Shown here one piece after another: positions 11,680-25,800 of a stretch of DNA of 61,799 nucleotides. This stretch comes from Euprymna scolopes (lineage: Eukaryota). Made by a program: the position numbers and the translations under genes. The stretch is taken from the NCBI GenBank assembly GCA_053919585.1, contig CM132811.1; one strand, given 5' to 3'. Position 1 is the first letter of the stretch. Every line of letters begins with the position of its first letter. The notes under the pieces were generated by a model. That model made no database searches and was not told the origin of the DNA. It was given only the letters and a program-made list of their open reading frames with translations.

Positions 11680-12200
11680 CAAGCAGTGCGCCCGACGTTG
11701 CCTGGTGTAGCCCGGTGGTAATATATGCTTAAATATGATATTTTGATGTATGCAGATTTCCTATGTAGCCAATTCTCAATGGTTTATTATATTATACCCA
11801 ATATATAGTATTCATTTCAAAAGAAAAAAAACAAAACAATGACTTGGGTGCCGCCAGTTAGAATCGAAATCAAATCATTTAGCGTTCCAACCTTAGTCGC
11901 TACCATAATCGCTATCTTCAGATAGATAAGAAATGACTAAAAATGAACTTTTATGTATTATTGTATATTTGCGTATGCGTACAAGAACACTTTAAGTCGA
12001 TCTATGCCTATCGATCCATTTATTTTTTCAATTTTGACTCCTCAGCAGCTATTTTTACCGGCTAAAACTTATAAAAGAAGAGTTCACAAAAATGCAATCA
12101 TTTGATTCGCCTCGCACCGCTATGCGATCATCCGTCGTATTGGTGATGCAGTTTGAAAATATGGAGGCAGAAAGACAGATATAGAGTTTTGTATAATAGA
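11680..12200 (-). mobile_element. Non-autonomous Helitron-like element
   Basis: Degenerate 3' hairpin CCCGACGTTGCCTGG, 5' TCTATTATACAAAAC at 12200, and shared GCTTAAATATGATATTTT...CAGATTT with the adjacent copy. Confidence 0.55.
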
Positions 12201-12410
12201 CTAGCGAGGGAGGGAGCGCCCAGCTTTGCACGGGCGTAGAATACGCTTAAATATGATATTTTAATTGATCCAGATTTTGTATATATTACTATAGGGTCGT
12301 GATTTCAAAAGTAAAAAAAAAAGTTTTTAGGTACCATCAGCCAAAATTGAAATAAGAATTGGACATTTTAACATGCTGAAAGAAATAAAGGTAAGATGGA
12401 CAACGCCTTG
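12201..12410 (-). mobile_element. Helitron-like element 3' part, head-to-tail with the previous copy
   Basis: CTAG at 12201-12204 and hairpin CGCCCAGCTTTGCACGGGCG. The right boundary is uncertain. Confidence 0.55.
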
Positions 12411-12412
12411 GA

Positions 12413-12475
12413 TTTTTTTTACACGGTTGTCACCACTTATTAAGGCCCGGAAGCCACCCAGGGATAAGGGTTATT
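12413..12475 (-). mobile_element. Extremely truncated LINE 3' terminus (family B)
   Basis: TTTTACACGGTTGTCACCACTTATTAAGGCCCGGAAGCCACCCAGGGATAAG matches the 3' ends at 13886, 47597 and 49750. Confidence 0.75.
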
Positions 12476-13885
12476 TGGAATATAGACTTTTATTACTTAT
12501 TTGTATATGCTTTGTAGTTACACCGAGCTTCATAAATTGAAGAACTGGTATAAGTAAAGGGTGAAATGTAATTGAATAAGCATATTTTTCAAATAAACAC
12601 ACACGTGTGTGTGTATGTGTGTGTGTGTGTGTGTGTGGAATAGAAGTGCATATGTGTGCGTGTGTACTTCCATTTCATCCCCCAAGTAATTTCATCACGC
12701 GCGTAGAAAACATGCCAGACAAAACCATTTAAAGAGTTTAGTGATTGTGATAAAAAGAATAGGACGCGAGAACCTCTCCTCCTCCGAATTCATAAATAAA
12801 ATCCATTAACTTCAATAAAAATTCAATGGTGAGGGTTTTTTTTTGTTCTGTCTTCAGAAATGATAATGTATGCAGAAAAACTTAAATTACTGAAGTTATT
12901 CTATAAATTTATGTGAGTATTAGTTCGAACACTGGCGAAACATAATTTTTATTTTCCGCTATTTTTTAGGAATTTGGTACATTGTTTTGTAAATAATGAA
13001 AAAAAAAATATGTTTGCCATAATTGTAAATAATGAACAGATAATTATGACCAGACAGTCTTCTATCGGTAAAAAAAAAAAAAAAAAAAAATCAGCGGACG
13101 TACGATAGGCTTATTATTCGTAACCGGAAGTTATTATTTTAACAGGCATTGAAACGCGATAACTGAATACTAATTTCGGAACAAATTGAAGAATAAGAGA
13201 AATATTAATTAGAATAATTATAAAAATTTAATTAGATACATTGTGTTGTTTTAAATGTTACGAAAAGAATAAGTTACTTTTCTGTGATTAAACGTCTTAA
13301 AAATTGGTACAAATCGATTTTTGTACAGCCTGCAGTTAAAGAGTGAAGAAGAAAAGAAAATGGCCGTCTTTTCTCTTCATATGCTCGGGATATTGTTTTC
13401 TAATATCTAAATAAGATGCTTTCGGTTTGAAATAAAAAGCCTGATTTTTCAGAGACTGGGTTGATTTTTTTTATTTGGACGTTAGTTTAGCAAGTGTTGT
13501 TTGCAGTAAGTCGTGTTTTGGAGTTGAGGTTTTGACAGCAGAGTGTCGGGTGTTGAAGTGACGAGTTTTTGACAGCAAGGCGTCGAGTTTTGGGAGTAAC
13601 GAGGTTTTGGCAGCAGTGCTTCGAATTTAAACCCGGAAATTATTACTTTGAAATGTAGAACAGTTATTACTTGATTGTTTTAACCACACGTAGTAATATT
13701 GTTTTTATACATTTTTTTTACGCCTGGTGTCTTACACGTTTCTGGAACCACAGTTCTATTCTATGCAGTAAAGCATTATAAAAAATGAGTTTGCAAATTT
13801 TGGATTCGTTTCTTTCGCTTCTCCATATCACACATCTATCTCTCTTCAATCCCCCCCATTCCTTTTCTTTTTTCTCTTCTTTTAT

Positions 13886-14650
13886 TTACACAGGAGTCAC
13901 CACTTATCAAGGCCCAGAGGCAACTCGAGGATAAGGGTTAAAGAGTGCACAGTAGTCAATGGGACAATATCGTAGTAATCGTTAGTAATGTAAATTTGGT
14001 AAATTGAATTACTATAGGGGAACTGCTCATCAAGAATTTGTTTACGTTGGACTTGAAGACGGCCATATTATAATCAGCTGGAAAGCGGGCAAACGAAGAC
14101 AGTTCCACAGGTGTGCAGTTCTAAGAAAGAAGCTCTGTTCTTTTCTCGATTACAGGCTAAATAGTTTTCTCCTAATTGTTTATAATAGACTCCGAAACCA
14201 ACCTTTAATCTTTTCGCCGCCATCGCTCTGATCCTCACTTGGTCCCAGTTGAAATAAGTCTCTCATCTTGGAAGCACCGTACTTTAACAAACTTCTGGGA
14301 CTACGTTCACTCCTGACCTGCCACTGTTGTTAAAGGTGTTTAGAAGACTGCTTGGATCTTTCTACTGCTCCAGAACGTATCACACTCCTGACTCAATCCT
14401 CTACACCTGCATATACAAGAGCCAAATCCGTTCTAAGATGAAGTACTGTTACCAAACTTACGGGTGAATTGCTAAGAGTATCTTCGAAATCTAGTGAGCG
14501 AATACATTTTTCTCTCTGCTTCCTCTTTCTTGCATAAGAGACCTTGCTAGTCTCCCCCTGTTTTAGGTTTACTATCATGGTAAGTGCTCGACTAAGCTTC
14601 AGTCTGTTTTTCCCTTGTAAAATATTCGCAACAAATACTCGTCTAACTAC
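13886..14650 (-). mobile_element. Decayed CR1-group LINE (family B) with apparent 5' inversion
   Basis: 13886-14160 is the family B 3' end on the minus strand. ~14165-14646 is the upstream RT segment on the plus strand (…TFTPDL, GSFYCSR, YKSQIRSKMKYC, YHGKCSTKLQS, NTRL), matching ORF 47844-48377. Confidence 0.65.
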
Positions 14651-15618
14651 AACAACTATCGATAACGTGCCTAAAACAAAATGAAAATTCCTTGAGCAAA
14701 GTTTATTTCCTAGAACTATCTGTATGTGGAACAGAATACTGTGGGACTACTTCCCAGCTGACTATAACAGTTATTTTCAGCACTTTTGTAAATAAGTAAA
14801 TAAACCGTCGGGTTAAATAATCAAAACTCATCCAAATTCCACCATAACCGATCATCACAGCGTTGTCTCATCGTCTACCTAGCACACATTAAACTTTATC
14901 TTCAAGCGGCTTTTGTATGGAAATCGCTCCAGACAATGCATGAAGCCACTTGATGTAAGGAGCTAAAAAAATATTACTTCAAAATCAAAATCTTGCCAAC
15001 GGTAAGTGTTCGATCAAATAGATTCTGGCCCCGAAAACAGCAATTCTTCCCCCTTTGTCAGATACATCGCTCCTGGAATGTGAGGACTAAAAAAACAAAT
15101 TAGGGAAGCTAGAGTTATAAGAGTTGGGACCTTAATATGCGGTGACCCCCAACCCTTTATTAAAAAACAAAATCCCATATGTTTATCGGCTAGTAATAAC
15201 CTGCAGAGAGAGAGAGAGGGGGGGGGAGAAAGAGAGAGATAGACAAAAATAAAGAGAGGAAGAGAGATGAATAGAGTAGTTAGAGTAGCGGGGAGGTATT
15301 CTAATGGAAACAGAAATGTTGCAAAATAAGAGGGGGGGGGGTCACGTAGCCTACAGTGAAAAAAGGGAATAAGGCGATAGATTGAAATCTAATAAATGAA
15401 AAGTTTAGGCTAATTAGAACAATTAAAATACTTTTTCAAAGATAACTCAATCCCAAAACCGATTAATATTTTAGCACGTATTTAGTGTCATTTACGAATG
15501 TAGGGGAAAACCCCCGTACGGAGATGAACCTTCTTAAACTCAATTTTATCTGGAAAATAGAAAGTATATAGTCGAATATATTACAATGTCATTCATGATA
15601 CAGTCGATAAACGTCCAC

Positions 15619-15664
<46 letters not shown>

Positions 15665-16551
15665 ATGAATATCGAGAAAAGGGGAGAGCCGAACAATGAG
15701 AAAAAAGGGAAAAGGGAGAAAAAAGATAAGGGAAAGGAAACCATCGCTGGTAGATAGGTCACTGACGGTCTGCGAACGCGAAAGTCTGCTCTCCTCCAAG
15801 AGAAGTTGAACTTTGTAAAACTGGTACCTTGCACTAATAGTGATTAGCTGTTTTGATTACATGAAATGACAAAATAATTACCCTCCCCCCCAAAAAAAAT
15901 TGTCGACGTTATCATCTTTCTTTTGCAACTCAGTCTCCCAGTCTAGATGTAACAGAGCGCAGATCCGCGTATGGCAGCTGCATGCAAATAACAGCTGTAT
16001 GCGAGGTGACGTCACGGCAAGGGGGACAGGAAAAGACCGAAGATCACGTTGGAGAACAGAAAAAGACGTGTTACGAACGGTGGCACAAGAGCGGCAAGAA
16101 AAGACATTTTTTTCCATTATTTTCTGTTTCTTGAGACGGTGTCTACATATGCATAACGTTGCATAGATACAACGTGTTAGAGATAAATAGACAACTATTT
16201 TATACTGCTAATGATGATGATGCCATCATAGTTGACTCCAAAACTTGCTCATTCTTTAAAAGTCCTATTCATCAAATGCTTCAATTCTGCCATGTATATA
16301 GAGGTGACCAAATATTACAATAAGCAAACAAGCATGTAAACAGACGTGTAGATAAATAAAAACGCGGACTTCACAGAAAACGTGATGCGTTTTAGACACT
16401 TAAAGGCAACATATGATGCAGATAACAATCTGAATATAAGAACAGTTATCTCCCTTCAAATATTTGGCTTCCGAGTTTCAATAAAACATTTATTTTGTCC
16501 TGTTCAAAATGGAACCGGAAGTAAAACAAAATTAATAAAAACTGGACAAAG

Positions 16552-16597
<46 letters not shown>

Positions 16598-16894
16598 ATT
16601 TTCTTATTTTATTCAAGCTGAGGAAGGGGCATCGTACGGATGTCAGACTTCACTCACTATCTCATACATTCAAACGGAGAGATCTTTTTAAGATTCTAAC
16701 AATCCCTTTAAGGGCAATTGTTTGAATCTCACTTGCACTTAGTTAGCCAAGTATATTTGATAGGTACTTAAAAAAAAGAATTTTTTTCAAGGCTGTAGGA
16801 AGGAAGAAACAGTTAGCAGTAAGAGAGGTAAAAATGTCTACAGTTCTTGGAAAGTAGTTATAACAATAAAATAATAAATATAAGATAATAATAA

Positions 16895-19800
16895 TGTATT
16901 ACAATGCAGTATAAAAAGTAGTTATTCCAATAAGACGTTGTATTACAATGCAGTATAAAAAGTAGTTATTCCAATAAGACGTTGTATTACAATGCAGTAT
17001 CAAAAGTAGTTATTCCAATAAGACGTTGTATTACAATGCAGTATCAAAAGTAGTTATTCCAATAAGACGTTGTATTACAATGCAGTATAAAAAGTAGTTA
17101 TTCCAATAAGACGTTGTATTACAATGCAGTATCAAAAGTAGTTATTCCAATAAGACGTTGTATTACAATGCAGTATCAAAAGTAGTTATTCCAATAAGAC
17201 GTTGTATTACAATGCAGTATAATAAGTAGTTATTCCAATAAGACGCTGTATTACAATGCAGTATCAAAAGTAGTTATTCCAATAAGACGTTGTATTACAA
17301 TGCAGTATCAAAAGTAGTTATTCCAATAAGACGCTGTATTACAATGCAGTATCAAAAGTAGTTATTCCAATAAGACGTTGTATTACAATGCAGTATAAAA
17401 AGTAGTTATTCCAATAAGACGTTGTATTACAATGCAGTATCAAAAGTAGTTATTCCAATAAGACGTTGTATTACAATGCAGTATCGAAAGTAGTTATTAC
17501 AATAATACGTTGTATTACAATGCAGTATCAAAAGTAGTTATTCCAATAAGACGTTGTATTACAATGCAGTATCAAAAGTAGTTATTCCAATAAGACGTTG
17601 TATTACAATGCAGTATCGAAAGTAGTTATTACAATAAGATGTTGTATTACAATACAGTATCAAAAGTAGTTATTCCAATAAGACGTTGTATTACAATGCA
17701 GTATAAAAAGTAGTTATTCCAATAAGACGTTGTATTACAATGCAGTATCAAAAGTAGTTATTCCAATAAGACGCTGTATTACAATGCAGTATCAAAAGTA
17801 GTTATTCCAATAAGACGTTGTATTACAATGCAGTATCAAAAGTAGTTATTCCAATAAGACGTTGTATTACGATGCAGTATCAAAAGTAGTTATTCCAATA
17901 AGACGTTGTATTACAATGCAGTATAAAAAGTAGTTATTCCAATAAGACGTTGTATTACAATGCAGTTTCAAAAGTAGTTATTCCAATAAGACGTTGTATT
18001 ACAATGCAGTATAAAAAGCAGTTATTCCAATAAGACGTTGTATTACAATGCAGTATCAAAAGTAGTTATTCCAATAAGACGTTGTATTACAATGCAGTAT
18101 CAAAAGTAGTTATTCCAATAAGACGTTGTATTACAATGCAGTTTAAAAAGTAATTATTCCAATAAGACGTTGTATTACAATGCAGTATAAAAAGTAATTA
18201 TTCCAATAAGACGCTGTATTACAATGCAGTATCAAAAGTAGTTATTCCAATAAGACGTTGTATTACAATGCAGTATCAAAAGTAGTTATTCCAATAAGAC
18301 GTTGTATTACAATGCAGTATCAAAAGTAGTTATTCCAATAAGACGTTGTATTACAATGCAGTATAAAAAGTAGTTATTCCAATAAGACGCTGTATTACAA
18401 TGCAGTATCAAATATAATTATTCCAATAAGACGTTGTATTACAATGCAGTATCAAAAGTAGTTATTCCAATAAGACGTTGTATTACAATGAAGTTTCAAA
18501 AGTAGTTATTCAAATAAGACGTTGTATTACAATGCAGTATCAAAAGTAGTTATTCCAATAAGACGTTGTATTACAATGCAGTATCAAAAGTAGTTATTCC
18601 AATAAGACGTTGTATTACAATGCAGTTTCAAAAGTAATTATTCCAATAAGACGTTGTATTACAATGCAGTATAAAAAGTAGTTATTCCAATAAGACGCTG
18701 TATTACAATGCAGTATCAAATATAATTATTCCAATAAGACGTTATATTACAATGCAGTATCAAAAGTAGTTATTCCAATAAGACGTTGTATTACAATGAA
18801 GTTTCAAAAGTAGTTATTCAAATAAGACGTTGTATTACAATGCAGTATCAAAAGTAGTTATTCCAATAAGACGTTGTATTACAATGCAGTATCAAAAGTA
18901 GTTATTCCAATAAGACGTTGTATTACAATGCAGTATCAAAAGTAGTTATTCCAATAAGACGCTGTATTACAATGCAGTATCAAAAGTAGTTATTCCAATA
19001 AGACGTTGTATTACAATGAAGTTTCAAAAGTAGTTATTCCAATAAGACGTTGTATTACAATGCAGTATCAACAGTTGTTATTCCAATAAGACGTTGTATT
19101 ACAATGCAGTATAAAAAGTAGTTATTCCAATAAGACGTTGTATTACAATGCAGTTTCTAAAGTAGTTATTCCAATAGGACGTTGTATTACAATGCAGTAT
19201 AAAAAGTAGTTATTCCAATAAGACGTTGTATTACAATGCAGTATCAAAAGTAGTTATTCCAATAAGACGTTGTATTACAATGCAGTATCAAAAGTAGTTA
19301 TTCCAATAAGACGTTGTATTACAATGCAGTATAAAAAGTAGTTATTCCAATAAGACGTTGTATTACAATGCAGTATCAAAAGTAGTTATTCCAATAAGAC
19401 GTTGTATTACAATGCATGATCGAAAGTAGTTATTACAATAAGACGTTGTATTACAATGCAGTATCAAAAGTAGTTATTCCAATAAGACGTTGTATTACAA
19501 TGCAGTATCAAAAGTAGTTATTCCAATAAGACGTTGTATTACAATGCAGTATCGAAAGTAGTTATTACAATAAGATGTTGTATTACAATACAGTATCAAA
19601 AGTAGTTATTCCAATAAGACGTTGTATTACAATGCAGTATAAAAAGTAGTTATTCCAATAAGACGTTGTATTACAATGCAGTATCAAAAGTAGTTATTCC
19701 AATAAGACGTTGTATTACAATGCAGTATCAAAAGTAGTTATTCCAATAAGACGTCGTATTACAATGCAGTATCAAAAGTAGTTATTCCAATAAGACGTTG

Positions 19801-22800
19801 TATTACAATGCAGTATCGAAAGTAGTTATTACAATAAGACATTGTATTACAATGCAGTATCAAAAGTAGTTATTCCAATAAGACGTTGTATTACAATGCA
19901 GTATCAAAAGTAGTTATTCCAATAAGACGTTGTATTACAATCCAGTTTAAAAAGTAATTATTCCAATAAGACGTTGTATTACAATGCAGTATAAAAAGTA
20001 GTTATTCCAATAAGACGTTGTATTACAATGCAGTATAAAAAGTAATTATTCCAATAAGACGTTGTATTACAATGCAGTATCAAAAGTAGTTATTCCAATA
20101 AGACGTTGTATTACAATGCAGTATCAAAAGTAGTTATTCCAATAAGACGTTGTATTACAATGCAGTATCAAAAGTAGTTATTCCAATAAGACGTTGTATT
20201 ACAATGCAGTATCAAAAGTAGTTATTCCAATAAGACGTTGTATTACAATGCAGTATCAAAAGTAGTTATTCCAATAAGACGTTGTATTACAATGCAGTAT
20301 CAAAAGTAGTTATTCCAATAAGACGTTGTATTACAATGCAGTATAAAAAGTAGTTATTCCAATAAGACGCTGTATTACAATGCAGTATCAAAAGTAGTTA
20401 TTCCAATAAGACGTTGTATTACAATGCAGTATCGAAAGTAGTTATTCCAATAAGACGTTGTATTACAATGCAGTATCAAAAGTAGTTATTCCAATAAGAC
20501 GTTGTATTACAATGCCGTATCAAAAGTAGTTATTCCAATAAGACGTTGTATTAAAATGCAGTATCGAAAGTAGTTATTACAATAAGATGTTGTATTACAA
20601 TACAGTATCAAAAGTAGTTATTCCAATAAGACGTTGTATTACAATGCAGTATAAAAAGTAGTTATTCCAATAAGACGTTGTATTACAATGCAGTATCAAA
20701 AGTAGTTATTCCAATAAGACGCTGTATTACAATGCAGTATCAAAAGTAGTTATTCCAATAAGACGTTGTATTACAATGCAGTATCAAAAGTAGTTATTCC
20801 AATAAGACGTTGTATTACGATGCAGTATAAAAAGTAGTTATTCCAATAAGACGTTGTATTACAATGCAGTATAAAAAGTAGTTATTCCAATAAGACGTTG
20901 TATTACAATGCAGTATCGAAAGTAGTTATTACAATAAGACGTTGTATTACACTGCAGTATCAAAAGTAGTTATTCCAATAAGACGTTGTATTACAATGCA
21001 GTATCAAAAGTAGTTATTCACAAAAGACGTTGTATTACAATGCAGTTTAAAAAGTAATTAGTCCAATAAGACGTTGTATTACAATGCAGTATAAAAAGTA
21101 GTTATTCCAATAAGACGTTGTATTACAATGCAGTATCAAAAGTAGTTATTCCAATAAGACGTTGTATTACAATGCAGTATCAAAAGTAGTTATTCCAATA
21201 AGACGTTGTATTACAATGCAATATCAAAAGTAGTTATTCCAATAAGACGTTGTATTACAATGCAGTTTAAAAAGTAATTATTCCAATAAGACGTTGAATT
21301 ACAATGCAGTATCAAAAGTAGTTATTCCAATAAGACGTTGTATTACAATGCAGTATCAAAAGTAGTTATTCCAATAAGACGTTGTATTACAATGCAGTAT
21401 CAAAAGTAGTTATTCCAATAAGACGTTGTATTACAATGCAGTATCAAAAGTAGTTATTCCAATAAGACGTTGTATTACAATGCAGTTTCAAAAGTAATTA
21501 TTCCAATAAGACGTTGTATTACAATGCAGTATAAAAAGTAGTTATTCCAATAAGACGCTGTATTACAATGCAGTATCAAATATAATTATTCCAATAAGAC
21601 GTTGTATTACAATGCAGTATCAAAAGTAGTTATTCCAATAAGACGTTGTATTACAATGAAGTTTAAAAAGTAGTTATTCCAATAAGACGTTGTATTACAA
21701 TGCAGTATCAAAAGTAGTTATTCCAATAAGACGTTGTATTACAATGCAGTATCAAAAGTAGTTATTCCAATAAGACGTTGTATTACAATGCAGTATCAAA
21801 AGTAGTTATTCCAATAAGACGCTGTATTACAATGCAGTATCAAAAGTAGTTATTCCAATAAGACGTTGTATTACAATAAAGTTTCAAAAGTAATTATTCC
21901 AATAAGACGCTGTATTACAATGCAGTATTAAAAGTAGTTATTCCAATAAGATGTTGTATTACAATGCAGTTTACAAAAGTAATTATTCCAATAAGACGTT
22001 GTATTACAATGCAGTTTAAAAAGTAATTGTTCAAATAAGACGTTGTATTACAATGCAGTATCAAAAGTAGTTATTCCAATAAGACGCTGTATTACAATGC
22101 AGTATCGAAAGTAGTTATTCCAATAAGACGTAGTATTACAATGCAGTATCAAAAGTAGTTATTCCAATAAGACGTTGTATTACAATGCAGTATCAAAAGT
22201 AGTTATTCCAATAAGACGTTGTATTACAATGCAGTTTCAAAAGTAATTATTCCAATAAGACCTTGTATTACAATGCAGTATCAAAAGTAGTTATTCCAAT
22301 AAGACGCTGTATTACAATGCAGTATACAAAAGTAATTATTCCAATAAGACGTTGTATTACAATGCAGTTTCAAAAGTAGTTATTCCAATAAGACGTTGTA
22401 TTACAATGCAGTATCAAAAGTAGTTATTCCAATAAGACGTTGTATTACAATGCAGTTTCAAAAGTAGTTATTCCAATAAGACGCTGTATTACAATGCAGT
22501 ATCAAAAGTAGTTATTCCAATAAGACGTTATATTACAATGCAGTTTCAAAAGTAGTTATTCCAATAAGACGTTGTATTACAATGCAGTTTCAAAAGTAAT
22601 TATTCCAATAAGACGTGGTATTACAATGCAGTATCAAAAGTAGTTATTCCAATAAGACGTTGTATTACAATGCAGTTTCAAAAGTAGTTATTCCAATAAG
22701 ACGTTGTATTACAATGCAGTATCAAAAGTAGTTATTCAAATAAGACGTTGTATTACAATGCAGTATCGAAAGTAATTATTCCAATAAGACGTTGTATTTA

Positions 22801-25800
22801 AATGCAGTATCGAAAGTAGTTATTAAAATAAGATGTTATATTACAATGCAGTTTCAAAAGTAGTTATTCCAATATAACGTTGTATTACAATGCAGTATCA
22901 AAAGTAATTATTCCAATAAGACTTTGTATTACAATGCAGTTTCAAAAGTAATTATTCCAATAAGACGTTGTATTACAATGCAGTATAAAAAGTAGTTATT
23001 CCAATAAGACGCTGTATTACAATGCAGTATCAAATATAATTATTCCAATAAGACGTTGTATTACAATGCAGTATCAAAAGTAGTTATTCCAATAAGACGT
23101 TGTATTACAATGAAGTTTCAAAAATAGTTATTCCAATAAGACGTTGTATTACAATGCAATATCAAAAGTAGTTATTCCAATAAGACGTTGTATTACAATG
23201 CAGTATCAAAAGTAGTTATTCCAATAAGACGTTGTATTACAATGCAGTATCAAAAGTAGTTATTCCAATAAGACGTTGTATTACAATGCAGTTTCAAAAG
23301 TAATTATTCCAATAAGACGTTGTATTACAATGCAGTATCAAAAGTAGTTATTCCAATAAGACGTTGTATTACAATGCAGTTTCAAAAGTAGTTATTCCAA
23401 TAAGACGTTGTATTACAATGCAGTATCAAAAGTAGTTATTCCAATAAGACGTTATATTACAATGCAGTTTCAAAAGTAATTGTTCAAATAAGACGTTGTA
23501 TTACAATGCAGTATCAAAAGTAGTTATTCCAATAAGACGTTGTATTACAATGCAGTATCGAAAGTAGTTGTTCCAATAAGACGTTGTATTACAATGCAGT
23601 ATCGAAAGTAGTTATTCCAATAAGACGTTGTATTACAATGCAGTATCAAAAGTAGTTATTCCAATAAGACGTTATATTACAATGCAGTTTCAAAAGTAAT
23701 TATTCCAATAAGACGTTGTATTACAATGCAGTATCAAAAGTAGTTATTCCAATAAGACGCTGTATTACAATGCAGTATACAAAAGTAATTATTCCAATAA
23801 GACGTTGTATTACAATGCAGTATCAAAAGTAGTTATTCCAATTAGACGTTGTATTACAATACAGTTTCAAAAGTAGTTATTCCAATAAGACGTTGTATTA
23901 CAATGCAGTATCAAAAGTAGTTATTCCAATAAGACGTTGTATTACAATGCAGTATCAAAAGTAGTTATTCCAATAAGACGTTGTATTACAATGCAGTTTC
24001 AAAAGTAATTATTCCAATAAGACGTGGTATTACAATGCAGTATAAAAAGTAATTATTCCAATAAGACGCTGTATTACAATGCAGTATCGAAAGTAGTTAT
24101 TACAATAAGACACTGTATTACAATGCAGTATTGAAAGTAGCTATTACAATAAGACGTTGTATTACAATACAGTATCAAAAGTAGTTATTCCAATAAGATG
24201 TTGTATTACAATGCAGTATCAAAAGTAGTTATTCCAATAAGACGCTGTATTACAATGCAGTATCGAAAGTAGCTATTACAATAAGACGTTGTTTTACAAT
24301 GCAGTATCAAAAGTAGTTATTCCAATAAGACGTTGTATTACAATGCAGTATAAAAAGTAGTTATTCCAATAAGACGTTGTATTACAATGCAGTATCAAAA
24401 GTAGTTATTCCAATAAGACGTTGTATTACAATGCAGTATCAAAAGTAGTTATTCCAATAAGACGTTGTATTACAATGCAGTATCAAAAGTAGTTATTCCA
24501 ATAAGACGCTGTATTACAATGCAGTATCAAAAGTAGTTATTCCAATAAGACGTTGTATTACAATGCAGTATCAAAAGTAGTTATTCCAATAAGACGTTGT
24601 ATTACAATGCAGTATCGAAAGTAGTTATTCCAATAAGACGTTGTATTTCAATGCAGTATCAAAAGTAGTTATTCCAATAAGACGTTGTATTACAATGCAG
24701 TATCAAAAGTAGTTATTCCAATAAGACGTTGTATTACAATGCAGTATCGAAAGTAATTATTCCAATAAGACGTTGTATTAAAATGCAGTATCAAAAGTAG
24801 TTATTAAAATAAGACGTTATATTACAATGCAGTTTCAAAAGTAATTATTCCAATAAGACGTTGTATTACAATGCAGTATCAAAAGTATTTATTCCAATAA
24901 GACGTTGTATTACAATGCAGTTTCAAAAGTAATTATTCCAATAAGACGTTGTATTACAATGCAGTATAAAAAGTAGTTATTCCAATAAGACGCTGAATTA
25001 CAATGCAGTATCAAATATAATTATTCCAATAAGACGTTGTATTACAATGCAGTTTCAAAAGTAGTTATTCCAATAAGACGTTGTATTACAATGAAGTTTC
25101 AAAAGTAGTTATTCCAAGAAGACGTTGTATTACAATGCAGTATCAAAAGTAGTTATTCCAATAAGACGTTATATTACAATGCAGTTTCAAAAGTAATTGT
25201 TCAAATAAGACGTTGTATTACAATGCAGTATCAAAAGTAGTTATTCCAATAAGACGTTGTATTACAATGCAGTTTCAAAAGTAGTTATTCCAATAAGACG
25301 TTGTATTACAATGCAGTATCAAAAGTAGTTATTCCAATAAGACGTTATATTACAATGCAGTTTCAAAAGTAATTGTTCAAATAAGACGTTGTATTACAAT
25401 GCAGTATCAAAAGTAGTTATTCCAATAAGACGTTGTATTACAATGCAGTATCGAAAGTAGTTGTTCCAATAAGACGTTGTATTACAATGCAGTATCAAAA
25501 GTAGTTATTCCAATAAGACGTTGTATTAAATGCAGTATCAAAAGTAGTTATTCCAATAAGACGTTGTATTACAATGCAGTATCAAAAGTAGTTATTCCAA
25601 TAAGACGTTATATTACAATGCAGTTTCAAAAGTAATTATTCCAATAAGACGTTGTATTACAATGCATTATCAAAAGTAGTTATTCCAATAAGACGCTGTA
25701 TTACAATGCAGTATACAAAAGTAATTATTCCAATAAGACGTTGTATTACAATGCAGTATCAAAAGTAGTTATTCCAATTAGACGTTGTATTACAATGCAG

